Shown here: piece by piece, positions 1 through 10,434 of the stretch
Layout: each line of letters starts with the position of its first letter
Numbering within the stretch: the stretch's first letter is position 1
Notes under the pieces: generated by a model
The model's database searches: none
What the model was told of the DNA's origin: nothing
The model's input: the letters and a program-made list of their open reading frames with translations, nothing else
NCBI GenBank assembly: GCA_048882485.1
Contig: JBHLRP010000001.1
Span: forward strand, 32,001-96,000
Length of the DNA stretch: 64,000 nucleotides
Reading direction: 5' to 3'
Source of the DNA: Candidatus Thorarchaeota archaeon
Lineage (GTDB): Archaea > Asgardarchaeota > Thorarchaeia > Thorarchaeales > Thorarchaeaceae
Program-made: the position numbers and the translations under genes

Positions 1-1
1 T

Positions 2-1957
2 TTGGGTGGCTCCATTCCAGTGCAAAGTCTAGTAGACTATTATTGGGCCATCGCATCTATGAGCAGAGTCTACAATATGACTGGAAGCACAAACACAACG
101 CTCTCCGAGATTATTTCAAGAGTAGCGTTCACAATGAATGAGCTTTTCTTGGACTCATCTTATCCTGGTTACTTTGTGTATAGGGCTATAGGTTCAGCAC
201 ATCTTTCCCCCGCTGTCATCGACCTATTAGAATCAAAAAGAGCCGGAATACAAGCCTATGCGTATTTCGCTCTTTCAATGGCTGAAGATGTTAACTCGAC
301 TTTGGATTTCACAGCTGAGAAGGCATCCGCTATCAGTGCATTGACGGACATCCTATATGATGAAACATATGGAGGTCTTTCATTCATTGCATATCGGAAT
401 GGCACAATAACTGATGAGGCTATTGAAACATATCCAAATAGCGGCAAACGGCTTGATCATCTTGCACTCGGCGCCTTTGCTCTCTATGATGCAGGTGTGG
501 AATACTCCAACTCAACAATGACAGCCATGGCGGCAAATTCTGTTGACTTCATGATTAGCCATATGAGCCGATACAATGAGAGCATCTATCAGGGCCTCAA
601 GATCGCAACAAACAGCTCTGGAGGCGAGCCAAGTGTTGGTGCGCTTTCCAGACCTCCATCGGTTGTCATAACTGACTTGAATGCAATGGCGATTCGCACT
701 CTCCTAAGAGGCTACCAAATATCGGGCAATAGCACGCTTCTGGAGTGGGCTGAAAAGACGCATGATGCACTGCTTTCCTATAACTGGGATCAGGACTTTG
801 GTGCATGGTATGCAGAAACATTGAACGGAATCCCCTACGCCCCTGCGGATTACGAAGGTACAGAGTATTACAAAACAACTGAGATTCAATTCCAGATGGT
901 TCGTGCAGAGGAAGAGCTATACGAAGCGACCTTGAATACATTCTATATCCAGCTAATCATTGATACATTGGATATCGTGCTTTCAAAACTTTGGGACAAA
1001 ATCTATGAAGGATTCTATTTCAACGGAGATCGAGAGTTCAATGTCTTCGACGAGGAATGGCAATATCACTATACTGGAGTCCAAGCTTTGGGAATGCTTG
1101 CCTTGGAGCGAGTCTGGAGCTATGGTCTCCCGGTCATTTCCTATGTTCGAGTTACTCCCACAAATCCTCGTCCTATAGATGAAATTACATTCTTGGCAAC
1201 AGTGCTAGATGCAGATGGTGTTGACACAGTCATCGCCAATTGTAGTGTGGCCTCTGGAGGAGTGACCAATACTACAATAATTGAGCTAGATCCGAGTCCT
1301 GGTTTCGGCGGAGTATATAACAGCACAATCAATAGCATGCCGGATGGCACTCAGGTCAATTTTGTGATAATAGCCAATGATACCTTAGGCAAGGTCTTTG
1401 TTGCCGGTTCGTACTATTTTGCGGTTCGTGAAGATATCTGGGAGCCTGTTGTTCTGCTAAGAACTGTATATCCATCCAATGAGGTTAGGGTTGGTGACAA
1501 TGTCATCGTGGAATTTGGAACGTATGAGTTCCCGACCCATTGCTTCCTTGAGTCGCTCCAGTTATACTGGAAAGTCAATGACGGATTATATGAGCCGAAG
1601 AATCTCACATTATTTGGTGCTGATGAGCAATATCTGGTCTGGCAGGCGGAGCTTGGAAGGTTTGCCGAGGGAGATGTGGTTTCATACTATTGTGTTGCCG
1701 AGGATGAATCAGGCAACGTTGGGGAGAGCGCTTTCTATCGATTAACAATACTTGGGCCTCCAATATTCGTAACACCTTGGTCTCAATGGCAGACATTTGC
1801 TGCTATTGGTCTAGTTGTAGCTCCTGGTATCGGCTACGGCATCACAAGAATTCGAAGAGAACGGGCACAGTCCACTCAGCGGGAATTGAAAAAAGAAGCT
1901 CGAAAGAAGTCTACCAAGAAAAGACCAAGGCGAAGAAGGTCAACAAGAGGAGGCTAA
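2..1957 (+). CDS. Large membrane-anchored surface protein, 5'-truncated (possible alpha/alpha-toroid-like domain plus two Ig-like domains, C-terminal TM, basic tail)
   Basis: Open from the window edge; repeated 'WDxxxGG/AFY' helical-hairpin-like segments, many N-x-S/T sequons, C-terminal TM (WQTFAAIGLVVAPGIGYGI) followed by a K/R-rich tail. Confidence 0.6.
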   Translation: MGGSIPVQSLVDYYWAIASMSRVYNMTGSTNTTLSEIISRVAFTMNELFLDSSYPGYFVYRAIGSAHLSPAVIDLLESKRAGIQAYAYFALSMAEDVNSTLDFTAEKASAISALTDILYDETYGGLSFIAYRNGTITDEAIETYPNSGKRLDHLALGAFALYDAGVEYSNSTMTAMAANSVDFMISHMSRYNESIYQGLKIATNSSGGEPSVGALSRPPSVVITDLNAMAIRTLLRGYQISGNSTLLEWAEKTHDALLSYNWDQDFGAWYAETLNGIPYAPADYEGTEYYKTTEIQFQMVRAEEELYEATLNTFYIQLIIDTLDIVLSKLWDKIYEGFYFNGDREFNVFDEEWQYHYTGVQALGMLALERVWSYGLPVISYVRVTPTNPRPIDEITFLATVLDADGVDTVIANCSVASGGVTNTTIIELDPSPGFGGVYNSTINSMPDGTQVNFVIIANDTLGKVFVAGSYYFAVREDIWEPVVLLRTVYPSNEVRVGDNVIVEFGTYEFPTHCFLESLQLYWKVNDGLYEPKNLTLFGADEQYLVWQAELGRFAEGDVVSYYCVAEDESGNVGESAFYRLTILGPPIFVTPWSQWQTFAAIGLVVAPGIGYGITRIRRERAQSTQRELKKEARKKSTKKRPRRRRSTRGG

Positions 1958-1975
1958 CAAAGGAGAGATACTAAG

Positions 1976-4045
1976 ATGGAAATTGGAACGATATTACTCA
2001 TTGCAGCAATAGTAGCTGGCGCAGCTGATATAGTAGTCCTACTTCTGGGGCCCAGAATAAGAAACTATGATACAATCTCTATGATGATGGTATCAATAGG
2101 CACTCTATCTGCTCTCGGTGCAGTAATCTATATGCTGAGCCTCATCTTTGGAAATCAGTTTCAGTTCGAGTATGTGTATCTGACAACGGATTCTGCGGCT
2201 GTCTGGTGGTTGAAGATATCATCGCTCTGGGCGGGGCAACAGGGCTCTCTACTATTCTGGACTGCCATTTCATTTCTTTTGGTGATGACTTACCGAGTTG
2301 TAACTCGAGGATATGAAGATGATACAATTGTATACAGAGGAGCAATTCTTGTAGCGTTACAGACTGTTTTAATTGCAGTGAATGCATGGGCATCAGATCC
2401 ATTCAGATTAGTCGAAGGAAGCATTCCTGCCGAAGGCTTGGGACTTAACCCACTTCTAAGCACATTTTGGAATGCAATCCATCCACCAATTGTCTTCATT
2501 GCCTATGCAATTGCTGTCATACCATTCTCTGTCAAGCTCGCAGGCTTTACTGTACGCTCTGAAGAGCGAAATGCAGAGCCTATACCTGTTCTGGAGTCTC
2601 TTACTCGATTCATGACAGTGGCCTCGTGGCTTATACTCTCACTAGGAATTGCCATCGGAGCATTCTGGGCTTACACAGTTCTCGGTTGGGGTGGATATTG
2701 GGCATGGGATCCCGTGGAAACAACTTCACTTGTTCCATGGTTGCTTCTTACTGCATACTACCATGCTAACGCGGTCTTCAAAGAGAATGATGTTTTGCGA
2801 GACTCCTTCTTGGTATTCACTTATGTGACAGTGATATACGCCACTTGGGTGACTAGGAGTGGGGTGCTCAATTCGGTACATGGATTCTCAATCACCTTAG
2901 TCAGCTGGACTATGCTTGCAACCGTTCTATTCAATTTCTTGCTGGCCACCTTACTCACCATCAGAGCAGGTTATGTGGATATGCAGGATGAAGACGATGA
3001 TCAGGGTTGGAGATTCTTCTCACTATCCAACCTTAGGGATTTTTCGCTAAAAGTCGCCTTGATTGGCATCCTAGTGATTCTCACCACATCAGTAGCTGGA
3101 GTTGTATTGCCGGCGGCAATCAATCTTGGCGAAGCCATTATTGATCCTCTTGGGTTTACCGAGAATATGGTTTCGGTGGGATTAGAGTTCTTTAGGGCTG
3201 GGTTCTATCTAGGCTCACTGTTTCTAATTGCCTCAGCATTCTATTGTATGAGAAGCACAATCTTTCGTGCAAGGTTGAAATCGATATTGGTCTTAGCTCT
3301 AATTGGTGTGGGAGCAATACTAGCCATCCTAACGGTCACTACCGAACAAGCTCTACCTACACTTTATTGGCCAGCTAATGCACTGATTCCGTTGGGAATT
3401 GGAGGAGTAGCATATCTTGTCATTGCTTTTGCTCGTACAATGGCTGGGAGAGAAGGTGGCGCTTTCACAATGAGGCGCATGGGTCGACTTATGCTCCATT
3501 TAGGGCTCGTGGTTCTATTACTCGGTGTCTTTCTGAGTGAGAATGTGGTGATTGATCAGCGCAATTCCTACCTAGAGGGTGACTCTGCACAACTTGGTGC
3601 TTCAGGTATTGAAGTGGGAGTATCTGACATCAATCTAATCTATTGGAACAATCAATACGATTTTGAAATGCGTGTTCTGGTGCAGATTTTAGACGGTGGA
3701 TTTGCTTGGCTCGGAATAGTAGTAGTTAAGGGTAATCCAGAATGGCAACAGGTGTCCCAAGAAGTATTTGTGCAATCCACAGCCTTCAGAGACGTGTTCA
3801 TATCAGTCCGCACGTTCAACGACCTAGGTGGTGGCACTTTTACTGTGGACCTTGAAGCAAGGGTTCTTCCTTTGGTTTCATTCGTATGGCTTGGCACTTT
3901 CCTAATGATAATGGCCCTGCTACCTTTGAGTGCCATGGAGTTGTCTAACCTGCGAAGGGCTATTAAAGGGAGACAAGAAGACCTCTATGGTCCCACGGAG
4001 GATGACACCGAAGAGGAACTCCTAATATCTGCTGAAAATGAATGA
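1976..4045 (+). CDS. ccmF: Cytochrome c heme lyase CcmF
   Basis: WGGYWAWDPVET (WWD motif), WAGQQGSLLFW, GLNPLL...IHPP, TRSG..SVHGF; multi-TM. Confidence 0.95.
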   Translation: MEIGTILLIAAIVAGAADIVVLLLGPRIRNYDTISMMMVSIGTLSALGAVIYMLSLIFGNQFQFEYVYLTTDSAAVWWLKISSLWAGQQGSLLFWTAISFLLVMTYRVVTRGYEDDTIVYRGAILVALQTVLIAVNAWASDPFRLVEGSIPAEGLGLNPLLSTFWNAIHPPIVFIAYAIAVIPFSVKLAGFTVRSEERNAEPIPVLESLTRFMTVASWLILSLGIAIGAFWAYTVLGWGGYWAWDPVETTSLVPWLLLTAYYHANAVFKENDVLRDSFLVFTYVTVIYATWVTRSGVLNSVHGFSITLVSWTMLATVLFNFLLATLLTIRAGYVDMQDEDDDQGWRFFSLSNLRDFSLKVALIGILVILTTSVAGVVLPAAINLGEAIIDPLGFTENMVSVGLEFFRAGFYLGSLFLIASAFYCMRSTIFRARLKSILVLALIGVGAILAILTVTTEQALPTLYWPANALIPLGIGGVAYLVIAFARTMAGREGGAFTMRRMGRLMLHLGLVVLLLGVFLSENVVIDQRNSYLEGDSAQLGASGIEVGVSDINLIYWNNQYDFEMRVLVQILDGGFAWLGIVVVKGNPEWQQVSQEVFVQSTAFRDVFISVRTFNDLGGGTFTVDLEARVLPLVSFVWLGTFLMIMALLPLSAMELSNLRRAIKGRQEDLYGPTEDDTEEELLISAENE

Positions 4046-4069
4046 TAAAGGCCATTTTATCTAAGTCTA

Positions 4070-4110
4070 TGCCACTAAAGTGTCTATTTTAGTGGCACAC
4101 ACTTTCTTTT
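4070..4110 (+). terminator. Hairpin plus T-tract downstream of ccmF
   Basis: tgccactaaa (4070-4079) / tttagtggca (4088-4097) perfect 10-bp inverted repeat followed by actttcttttct. Confidence 0.45.
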
Positions 4111-4186
4111 CTATTATAGGGAAATTTATGAACTAGGTTACTAATTGTATCCTACGTCGGCATTCTAGTGCTTTGAAGGTTTCAGA

Positions 4187-4819
4187 ATGGCAAGGGTCCT
4201 AGGCATTTCTGGCAGCAATAGGCAAGGTGGCAACACATCAATTCTTGTTGAAACCGCCCTTGATGCCGCAGAGGAGTATGGTGCTAGTATCGAGTTCATT
4301 GAGCTTGCTGATTTTGACATCAATCCGTGCAAACATTATTTGAAATGCTATGAACTTGGGCGCTGTAGTCAAGATGATGACTTGAATTCTATAATTGAAA
4401 AGATGTACAATGCCCATGGCATCATATTTGGCTCTCCTGTGCATTATGCAAGCGTTACATCTCAAATGAAGAGCTTTCTGGATCGTGTTGGCCGTTTCGC
4501 TCACCTTGAGGGTAAGATTGGCGCGGCATTTGCGGTAGCAAGAAAGTCTGGAGCGGACATTGCCCTTAATCAAATGCTTTTCTTCATGCTTGTAAAGGAG
4601 ATGATTGTTCCTGGGGGGGTTTCTTGGCCAATAGGATTTGCCATGAATGTAGGCGATATCAGAAACGATATGGAAGCCATGCGAATGGCTCGCCAGATGG
4701 GCAGACGCGTGGCAATTCTTTCGGACCTAGTGGCCAAAGTTCCCGTTCCTTGGTATTATGAGCCCCGACCTGTTGATGAGAAGGCGAGGTTTGGGGACGA
4801 ATGGCGGACAGCTAACTAG
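4187..4819 (+). CDS. Flavodoxin-fold iron-sulfur flavoprotein (Isf)/NADPH-dependent FMN reductase family
   Basis: GISGSNRQGGNT, GSPVHY..MKSFLDR; Cys cluster CKHYLKCYELGRC. Confidence 0.85.
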   Translation: MARVLGISGSNRQGGNTSILVETALDAAEEYGASIEFIELADFDINPCKHYLKCYELGRCSQDDDLNSIIEKMYNAHGIIFGSPVHYASVTSQMKSFLDRVGRFAHLEGKIGAAFAVARKSGADIALNQMLFFMLVKEMIVPGGVSWPIGFAMNVGDIRNDMEAMRMARQMGRRVAILSDLVAKVPVPWYYEPRPVDEKARFGDEWRTAN

Positions 4820-4837
4820 ATGCTTGTAGTATCAGTT

Positions 4838-5218
4838 TCATGTTTCATATTTGCTTGGACATTGTGCAAGGATCTGAGAGGCACGTATTACTAGCTCTTC
4901 GCCATCCTCGAGAATTCCTATTGCCACCATGTCTTGACCGTCAGTCAATGTCGGCAGGTCTCCTTCAACAATAATCAATATGCTATTGCTGTCTCCATCC
5001 AGTACCAGCGTTACATTTCCAGGATCAATCGAGATAGAGCCCGGTTGAAGAGTTCCCTTTACTTGAATCAATCGTCCAGTGTATGCATCAGGATTCTCAA
5101 CCACAGCGTCAACACTGATGTAGGGGTCAACAAAGAAGTTTAGCATTCCATATGCGACGACACCTACTACTACAACAAGGACACCTGCAATCAATAGCAT
5201 GCGCGTCTTTTTCTTCAT
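4838..5218 (-). CDS. ccmE: Heme chaperone CcmE (CxxxY variant)
   Basis: N-terminal TM, OB-fold-like body, C-terminal AQCPSKY. Confidence 0.93.
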   Translation of the reverse strand: MKKKTRMLLIAGVLVVVVGVVAYGMLNFFVDPYISVDAVVENPDAYTGRLIQVKGTLQPGSISIDPGNVTLVLDGDSNSILIIVEGDLPTLTDGQDMVAIGILEDGEELVIRASQILAQCPSKYET

Positions 5219-5224
5219 CGATTC

Positions 5225-5620
5225 TCACTCCTGATTTGTATTGCTAACAAGCAATGCCAGGGACTCTTCAATGCCCGCTATCCCATACATCTGCCAGAGG
5301 AGCATAATAAACACTCCCGCCCAGACAACTATCGCCATTGGAAATAGTGGAATTAGTATCCACACAAATAGACCCGCCAGTAGAACTAGCACACCAACCA
5401 ATTCAAGGATGAGAGCGACATAGACAATCAATTTGCTTGGCATCTTAGGCAGTCCCACACTCTGCCCACTTGCGGAGGAAAGTATCGCTATTGTCTTGTT
5501 GAGTCCATTAATTCTGATGAATAGCCAGAAAAGCAAGGAAAAGGTTCCTACCCATAGAAAGACTGCAACTGTGAAGAGTTCATTAGAAAGCACGACTTCT
5601 GGTGATTGCATTTCACTCAC
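5225..5620 (-). CDS. ccmD: CcmD-like membrane protein with two tandem CcmD-like units
   Basis: Lies between ccmC and ccmE; two repeats, 'LWVGTFSLLFWLFIRINGLNKTIAIL' and 'VWAGVFIMLLWQMYGIAGIEESLALL'. Confidence 0.55.
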   Translation of the reverse strand: MSEMQSPEVVLSNELFTVAVFLWVGTFSLLFWLFIRINGLNKTIAILSSASGQSVGLPKMPSKLIVYVALILELVGVLVLLAGLFVWILIPLFPMAIVVWAGVFIMLLWQMYGIAGIEESLALLVSNTNQE

Positions 5621-6284
5621 TCCTCCTCATTCGTTGCTCCATCAGTCTTTCACTGACTGAATCTATTCTGTACGTTATATCAAGGATCAATGCGTAGACT
5701 AGACCGATGGCAATGAGGCTCACCATCAGAGTCATTCCATGTTCTATCCCCATCTGCAGCCCTTCTCCAGTTATAACAATTGGATGCAGAGTTTCCCATA
5801 CTCGAATTGAGATATAGCTAAGGATGACTGCGGGAAAAGCTATGATTCCGAAGATTGAGCCGTATTGTGCTCGTACATCTCGGTCATTGACTGATTCTCG
5901 ATAGGCAATCAAACATGCATAAGCAATCCATAGAATCAATGTAGTCGTTTCCCTTGGATCCCAGTTCCAAAATACGCCCCAAGTCGCATTGGCCCATACC
6001 ATACCACTCAACAAGGTGATGGAAGTGAAGACGAGGCCAATCTTGATTGATGCGGCACCGACCAGGTCGTAGCGTAAGTCTTGCTTCCAGAGATACGTGA
6101 CTCCGCAGATTAGCGTCACGCCAAATGCAAGATAGCCAATAAGTGCAGGAGCCACATGCTGAAAGAAGATTCTAATCTTCTCTCCAAGCTCCACTTCAGG
6201 CGGTGCGAATATCCATACCATGTAGAGGTAAAGGAAGGTGATTGCCAAGGATAGAATATACATCACCATTCGTTTTGTATTCAC
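5613..6284 (-). CDS. ccmC: Heme exporter/CcmE-loading protein CcmC
   Basis: RIFFQHVA, WGVFWNWDPRETT, TLHP. Confidence 0.95.
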   Translation of the reverse strand: MNTKRMVMYILSLAITFLYLYMVWIFAPPEVELGEKIRIFFQHVAPALIGYLAFGVTLICGVTYLWKQDLRYDLVGAASIKIGLVFTSITLLSGMVWANATWGVFWNWDPRETTTLILWIAYACLIAYRESVNDRDVRAQYGSIFGIIAFPAVILSYISIRVWETLHPIVITGEGLQMGIEHGMTLMVSLIAIGLVYALILDITYRIDSVSERLMEQRMRRSE

Positions 6285-6354
6285 TTCTTCACGTCCCTTG
6301 CTCGGCCGGTTCGAAGAAACAACTCAATATGAACATTATGATTGGAGTTCTTTT

Positions 6355-7077
6355 TCAAGCTGTAAGTGTGAATTGAAATACAGCAGCCGATAGCATCACC
6401 ATTGCAAAGGCATGTCCGGATAGCAGGAATAGTAACTCAGCAATTCCAGGACCGACGATTGGAATCCCGATTGCCAGCATTCGTGTAATCTCCACAAGCA
6501 GAATCAGGGCTGTTGTTGCAGTTGGAAAGTAGACTATGGGGTACACGGTTGCTTTCGATTCAGCCGGCATTGTCAGTGCAGAAGCCATAGCTCCAACTGC
6601 GGCCAAGTCCAATGTTCCCAAAATGAATGTGACTAGGACAAAGAGCGGTGACATCCCTGGGGCAAATGAGAAGCCTAGTAGACCCATGGCGATTGGAACC
6701 AAGAATACCTCAACAAGACCCATAAGCACGAACCCGTAGATGACTTTCCCTAGATATACTGACCATCCCGGAATTGGAGCGAGAGATAATCCCTTCAGAG
6801 TTCCAGTCTCTGACTCAGAGATGAATACTGGCGAGAAGCCAAACATTCCAGTGAAGAACACCACAACCCATAGCATTCCACTCCCTATCTCCGTCATTAC
6901 TTGGAGCCTAGCAGAAGGATCTGGTATGATAAATGTTGAAGAACTGAGCACGAGACCCAACACAAAGACGGCGATGATGGCGAACAGAAACATCGAAAAC
7001 GCTTCAAATCGTTTTCTCAATTGAGTGACCAAATCTTTCTTCGCGATTGCCAGTGCATATGATAGACCAGAACTCAT
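6355..7077 (-). CDS. ccmB: Heme exporter permease CcmB
   Basis: AIAKKDL, F.SE.ETGTLKGL.LAP, YLGK; about 6 TM; start set at ATG 7077, just past the ccmA stop. Confidence 0.9.
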   Translation of the reverse strand: MSSGLSYALAIAKKDLVTQLRKRFEAFSMFLFAIIAVFVLGLVLSSSTFIIPDPSARLQVMTEIGSGMLWVVVFFTGMFGFSPVFISESETGTLKGLSLAPIPGWSVYLGKVIYGFVLMGLVEVFLVPIAMGLLGFSFAPGMSPLFVLVTFILGTLDLAAVGAMASALTMPAESKATVYPIVYFPTATTALILLVEITRMLAIGIPIVGPGIAELLFLLSGHAFAMVMLSAAVFQFTLTA

Positions 7078-7087
7078 CTCATTCACC

Positions 7088-7762
7088 TCATATGTTTCCA
7101 TCAAACTCTGAGATAGGCCCGTGACCTATGATCTCTCCTTTTCTCAAGGTGATGAAATCATCACACATGTCTGACCCTAAAGCTAGGTTGTGTGTTGTAA
7201 GAACTGCAGTTCTGTCTTGCCGCTTTGCATCAATGTAGTTTCTGAACACCTCAGTAGAGTCTTTGTCGAGACCTGAGAAGGGTTCATCAAGCAAGAACAA
7301 ATTGGGATCATGCAATAGACTTCTGATTATATCGAATCTCTTTCTCAGTCCAGTTGAAAGAATCTTGGTTGGTTCATCCAACCACTGCCTCACGTCAAAT
7401 TGCTCTGCCAAGTCCTCTATAGCGGCATTAGCTGAGTCATCGTCTAGATCAAAGAGGTCAGCATAGAATCTGAGATTCTCTCTGCCAGTCAACTCACCGT
7501 ATAATAGAGGCTTGTCTCCGACAACACCAATCCGCTTTCTAACCTCGATAGGCTCTTCCTCGGTATCAAATCCGAAGACCTCTACCCTTCCTGCATGTGG
7601 CTGAAGGAGGGTTGAAATGATTCGCATTAGCGTGGTCTTGCCTGCACCATTGCTTCCGAATAGAGCATGAACGCCGCCAATTGGAACTTTGAAAGATATA
7701 TCCTTCAATGCTACTCTATAGCCATAGCGTCGAGTCAGTCCCTCAACTTGTATAGATACCAT
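7088..7762 (-). CDS. ccmA: Heme exporter ABC ATPase CcmA
   Basis: Walker A GSNGAGKTT, signature LSTGLRKR, Walker B LLLDEP, TTH; start at ATG 7762 (the longer ORF overlaps the divergent gene). Confidence 0.92.
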   Translation of the reverse strand: MVSIQVEGLTRRYGYRVALKDISFKVPIGGVHALFGSNGAGKTTLMRIISTLLQPHAGRVEVFGFDTEEEPIEVRKRIGVVGDKPLLYGELTGRENLRFYADLFDLDDDSANAAIEDLAEQFDVRQWLDEPTKILSTGLRKRFDIIRSLLHDPNLFLLDEPFSGLDKDSTEVFRNYIDAKRQDRTAVLTTHNLALGSDMCDDFITLRKGEIIGHGPISEFDGNI

Positions 7763-7834
7763 TTGAAATGCCTCACACAGGTCATTGTGGGAGCACCCAA
7801 CCCTTTTTTTAGTTTGACGGATGCGCCGTAGGGC

Positions 7835-9037
7835 ATGGCTGAGAACTCCTATGATGCAATTGTCGTAGGTGCAGGTCCTGCTGGCTGCACAGCTGCTAGA
7901 GTGATAGCCGCTGCAGGCTTTAAGACTTTGATAGTTGATAGAAGGAGAGAGATAGGAGTTCCAATCCATTGCGGTGAATTCCTACCAAGTCCCAGAGAGA
8001 TGCGTGATCTATTGCGTGATTCTCCTAGAGCATCACGGCTTGTTGACATCCCTAATCATCTCATTACAAATAGGACAAAGAGACTGATGCTCGCTTCCCC
8101 ATTGAGCAACAAGTTCTACTTCAAACTTGATGCCCGAGTGATTGACCGAACAAGATTCGATCAGTACATTGCAGGCAAAGCGCGGGGTGCGGGTGCCGAG
8201 ATCGTTTTGGAGTCGACAGCCATTGAGCGCACAAGAACGAATCGACTCATCATTAGGCAAAAAGGTCAGAATGTTGAGTTGAATGCTCGGGTAATAATAG
8301 GTGCAGATGGACCGAGTTCTCTCATTGCTAAATCCATGGGCAATCACTACCACAATCCTGGAAGAGACCTTTGTCCTTCCCTGAATTATGTTGTCACTGG
8401 TATTGAGTGTGATTCGAAAACCACTGAGATGTACTTCGGAAACAATGTTGCTCCAGGAGGATATTCATGGATTATTCCCAAAGGAGCTGCCATGGCTAAT
8501 GTAGGCTTTGGGATGCGACGACCTTTCGGAGCATCCGAAGTGTCATTAAAGCAGTATCTTCGACGATTCATGACGACTCATCCACTCGTTTCTTCACGCA
8601 CCAAAAACTCCAAGATCGTTTCTAGAGTAGGAGCCATCATTCCTGTCGGAGGACCAGTTGATAGGACGTTCTCTGAAAATGCAGTTCTTGTTGGGGATGC
8701 TGCAGGTCACGTCATGGCGTCAAATGGTGGAGGTATTCCAACTGCTCTAGTAGGCGGTGAGATAGCAGGAGAGTCGGTTGTTAGCTATTTGACAGTTGGT
8801 ACTCCGTTGTCATCCTATGAGAAGCAGTGGCGGAAGGAGATAGGGAATGAGCTCTATACTGCACTGAGAATTCTCCGAATCGCTGACCAAGTGATGCCCT
8901 CTGACAGGATAACCGACCAATGCATGCGTCTTGCTGGTCCCAGATATCTTAAGCATCTGATAAGATGTAGATTGCCATTACCAGTTGATTTTGCATCAAA
9001 GACGCTAGTGAAGCTCCTGAGATACTTGGAGCAGTAA
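7835..9037 (+). CDS. Geranylgeranyl reductase family (DGGGPL reductase-like) FAD oxidoreductase
   Basis: VGAGPAG, PIHCGE, GADG, PGGYSWIIPK, VGDAAG...GGGI. Confidence 0.9.
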   Translation: MAENSYDAIVVGAGPAGCTAARVIAAAGFKTLIVDRRREIGVPIHCGEFLPSPREMRDLLRDSPRASRLVDIPNHLITNRTKRLMLASPLSNKFYFKLDARVIDRTRFDQYIAGKARGAGAEIVLESTAIERTRTNRLIIRQKGQNVELNARVIIGADGPSSLIAKSMGNHYHNPGRDLCPSLNYVVTGIECDSKTTEMYFGNNVAPGGYSWIIPKGAAMANVGFGMRRPFGASEVSLKQYLRRFMTTHPLVSSRTKNSKIVSRVGAIIPVGGPVDRTFSENAVLVGDAAGHVMASNGGGIPTALVGGEIAGESVVSYLTVGTPLSSYEKQWRKEIGNELYTALRILRIADQVMPSDRITDQCMRLAGPRYLKHLIRCRLPLPVDFASKTLVKLLRYLEQ

Positions 9038-9096
9038 CGCCGCATCATAGATATGGATTTCTTATGGATGGCATACCATTCATTCGCACGTTTATC

Positions 9097-10167
9097 TCAA
9101 TGAATTCGTTCAAGGACGAAGTCTGCAATCTCGCTGAGCATATTCTCAGTTTGAAATGCATGCCCTTCAAGAGCGGCTTTTGCTCTTTCAACATATGTCT
9201 TGGTGAGTTCAATGGCATGATGCACAGCTTGTGTTTCTTCGATTAGTTCCAACACAACATCAAGATTATCATTCTCGATTGCCTTAATGCATCGCTCTCG
9301 GTCATCTTCAGAGCATGTTTCCAATGCATGAATCAAGGGAAAATTGCATCTTCTGCCTCTTAAATCTGAATGCGCAGATTTTCCCATCATTTGTTGGGTT
9401 GCTATAACATCCAGAATATCATCTCTGATCTGAAATGCAAAACCGAGCATCTCACCATATCGACTCAATGCATCCCTCTGCTGTATCGAACCCTTGCCCA
9501 CAATTGCGCCGATGCGTGCGGCTTCCTTTATGAATGTGGCTGTCTTATGGGCAATGACACTAAGATACCTCTGTCTATTGTATGAATCAGGCTGGTCAAT
9601 AGCCATCAGGAAATCTTCAGCCTGGCCCTCGCACATTCTAACTCCGCTCCCTCCTAGGAAGACGAGCAGATCTGGAGTCGCAGTGTTGCCTATGAGTCGA
9701 ATGGCTTGAGCAACAAGGAGATCGCCTGCCAAAACCGCCATAGTAACTCCAAACTTCTGATGTGTGGTTTTTACGCCGCGGCGGACATTATCTTCATCAA
9801 TAATGTCATCATGGATGAGGCTTGCTGTTTGTAGAAGTTCAGTTGCAACAGCATACGGCAAAATGTCTTCAATATTACCACCTACAGCTTCACAACAAAG
9901 CAATGTGATTAATGATCGCAATCGTTTCCCGCCGGCAAGGAGAAGGTGATGGGCCGCATCATATAGCGCAGAGGGCGCGCCTCTCTCCGTATCAAGGAAT
10001 TTCTTCATCTCCTCATTGATGATATTCATCCGATGTTGAAGGCCTTCGTTCCCCAAGAGAGTAGAGATGGTTGAGCTCAGATGAGTTTCTTGGTCTTGGA
10101 TTGAAGAGTCTAGCATTTTAGAGGCTTCAGGGCTTGGAGTCGAACGTCGCTTTCGCATTTCACACAA
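9097..10167 (-). CDS. Polyprenyl diphosphate synthase (active-type trans-prenyltransferase)
   Basis: GGKRLR, FARM LIHDDIID..RRG, KTA, SARM FQIRDDILD, GK..HSDL; true start may be ATG 10116. Confidence 0.93.
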   Translation of the reverse strand: MCEMRKRRSTPSPEASKMLDSSIQDQETHLSSTISTLLGNEGLQHRMNIINEEMKKFLDTERGAPSALYDAAHHLLLAGGKRLRSLITLLCCEAVGGNIEDILPYAVATELLQTASLIHDDIIDEDNVRRGVKTTHQKFGVTMAVLAGDLLVAQAIRLIGNTATPDLLVFLGGSGVRMCEGQAEDFLMAIDQPDSYNRQRYLSVIAHKTATFIKEAARIGAIVGKGSIQQRDALSRYGEMLGFAFQIRDDILDVIATQQMMGKSAHSDLRGRRCNFPLIHALETCSEDDRERCIKAIENDNLDVVLELIEETQAVHHAIELTKTYVERAKAALEGHAFQTENMLSEIADFVLERIH

Positions 10168-10333
10168 ATCTCCGGCTGGAGGCGGACAAACTTCAGATAC
10201 GCGATGGGAAAATGCAATCCTTAAACCTTTCGAGATACGCTATTAATACCAGCAAGAAAAGCTTGATGAAGAATGTTGACGTTTCGTCACTTACCATGAA
10301 TAAATCATGCTCAAACTCCTCTTTAGAGAGTGT

Positions 10334-10351
10334 GGTTGCTAATTAGCAACC
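10334..10351. promoter_or_regulatory. Perfect 18-bp palindrome, candidate transcription-factor site
   Basis: GGTTGCTAATTAGCAACC, intergenic between the two prenyl synthase genes. Confidence 0.5.
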
Positions 10352-10434
10352 TAACAGGTCAAAGCGCTTCATGTGGACTTATCTAATATGAAAAGAGAAA
10401 CGGACTCAAAGAGAATCTCTCAGAATGTTGAGAG

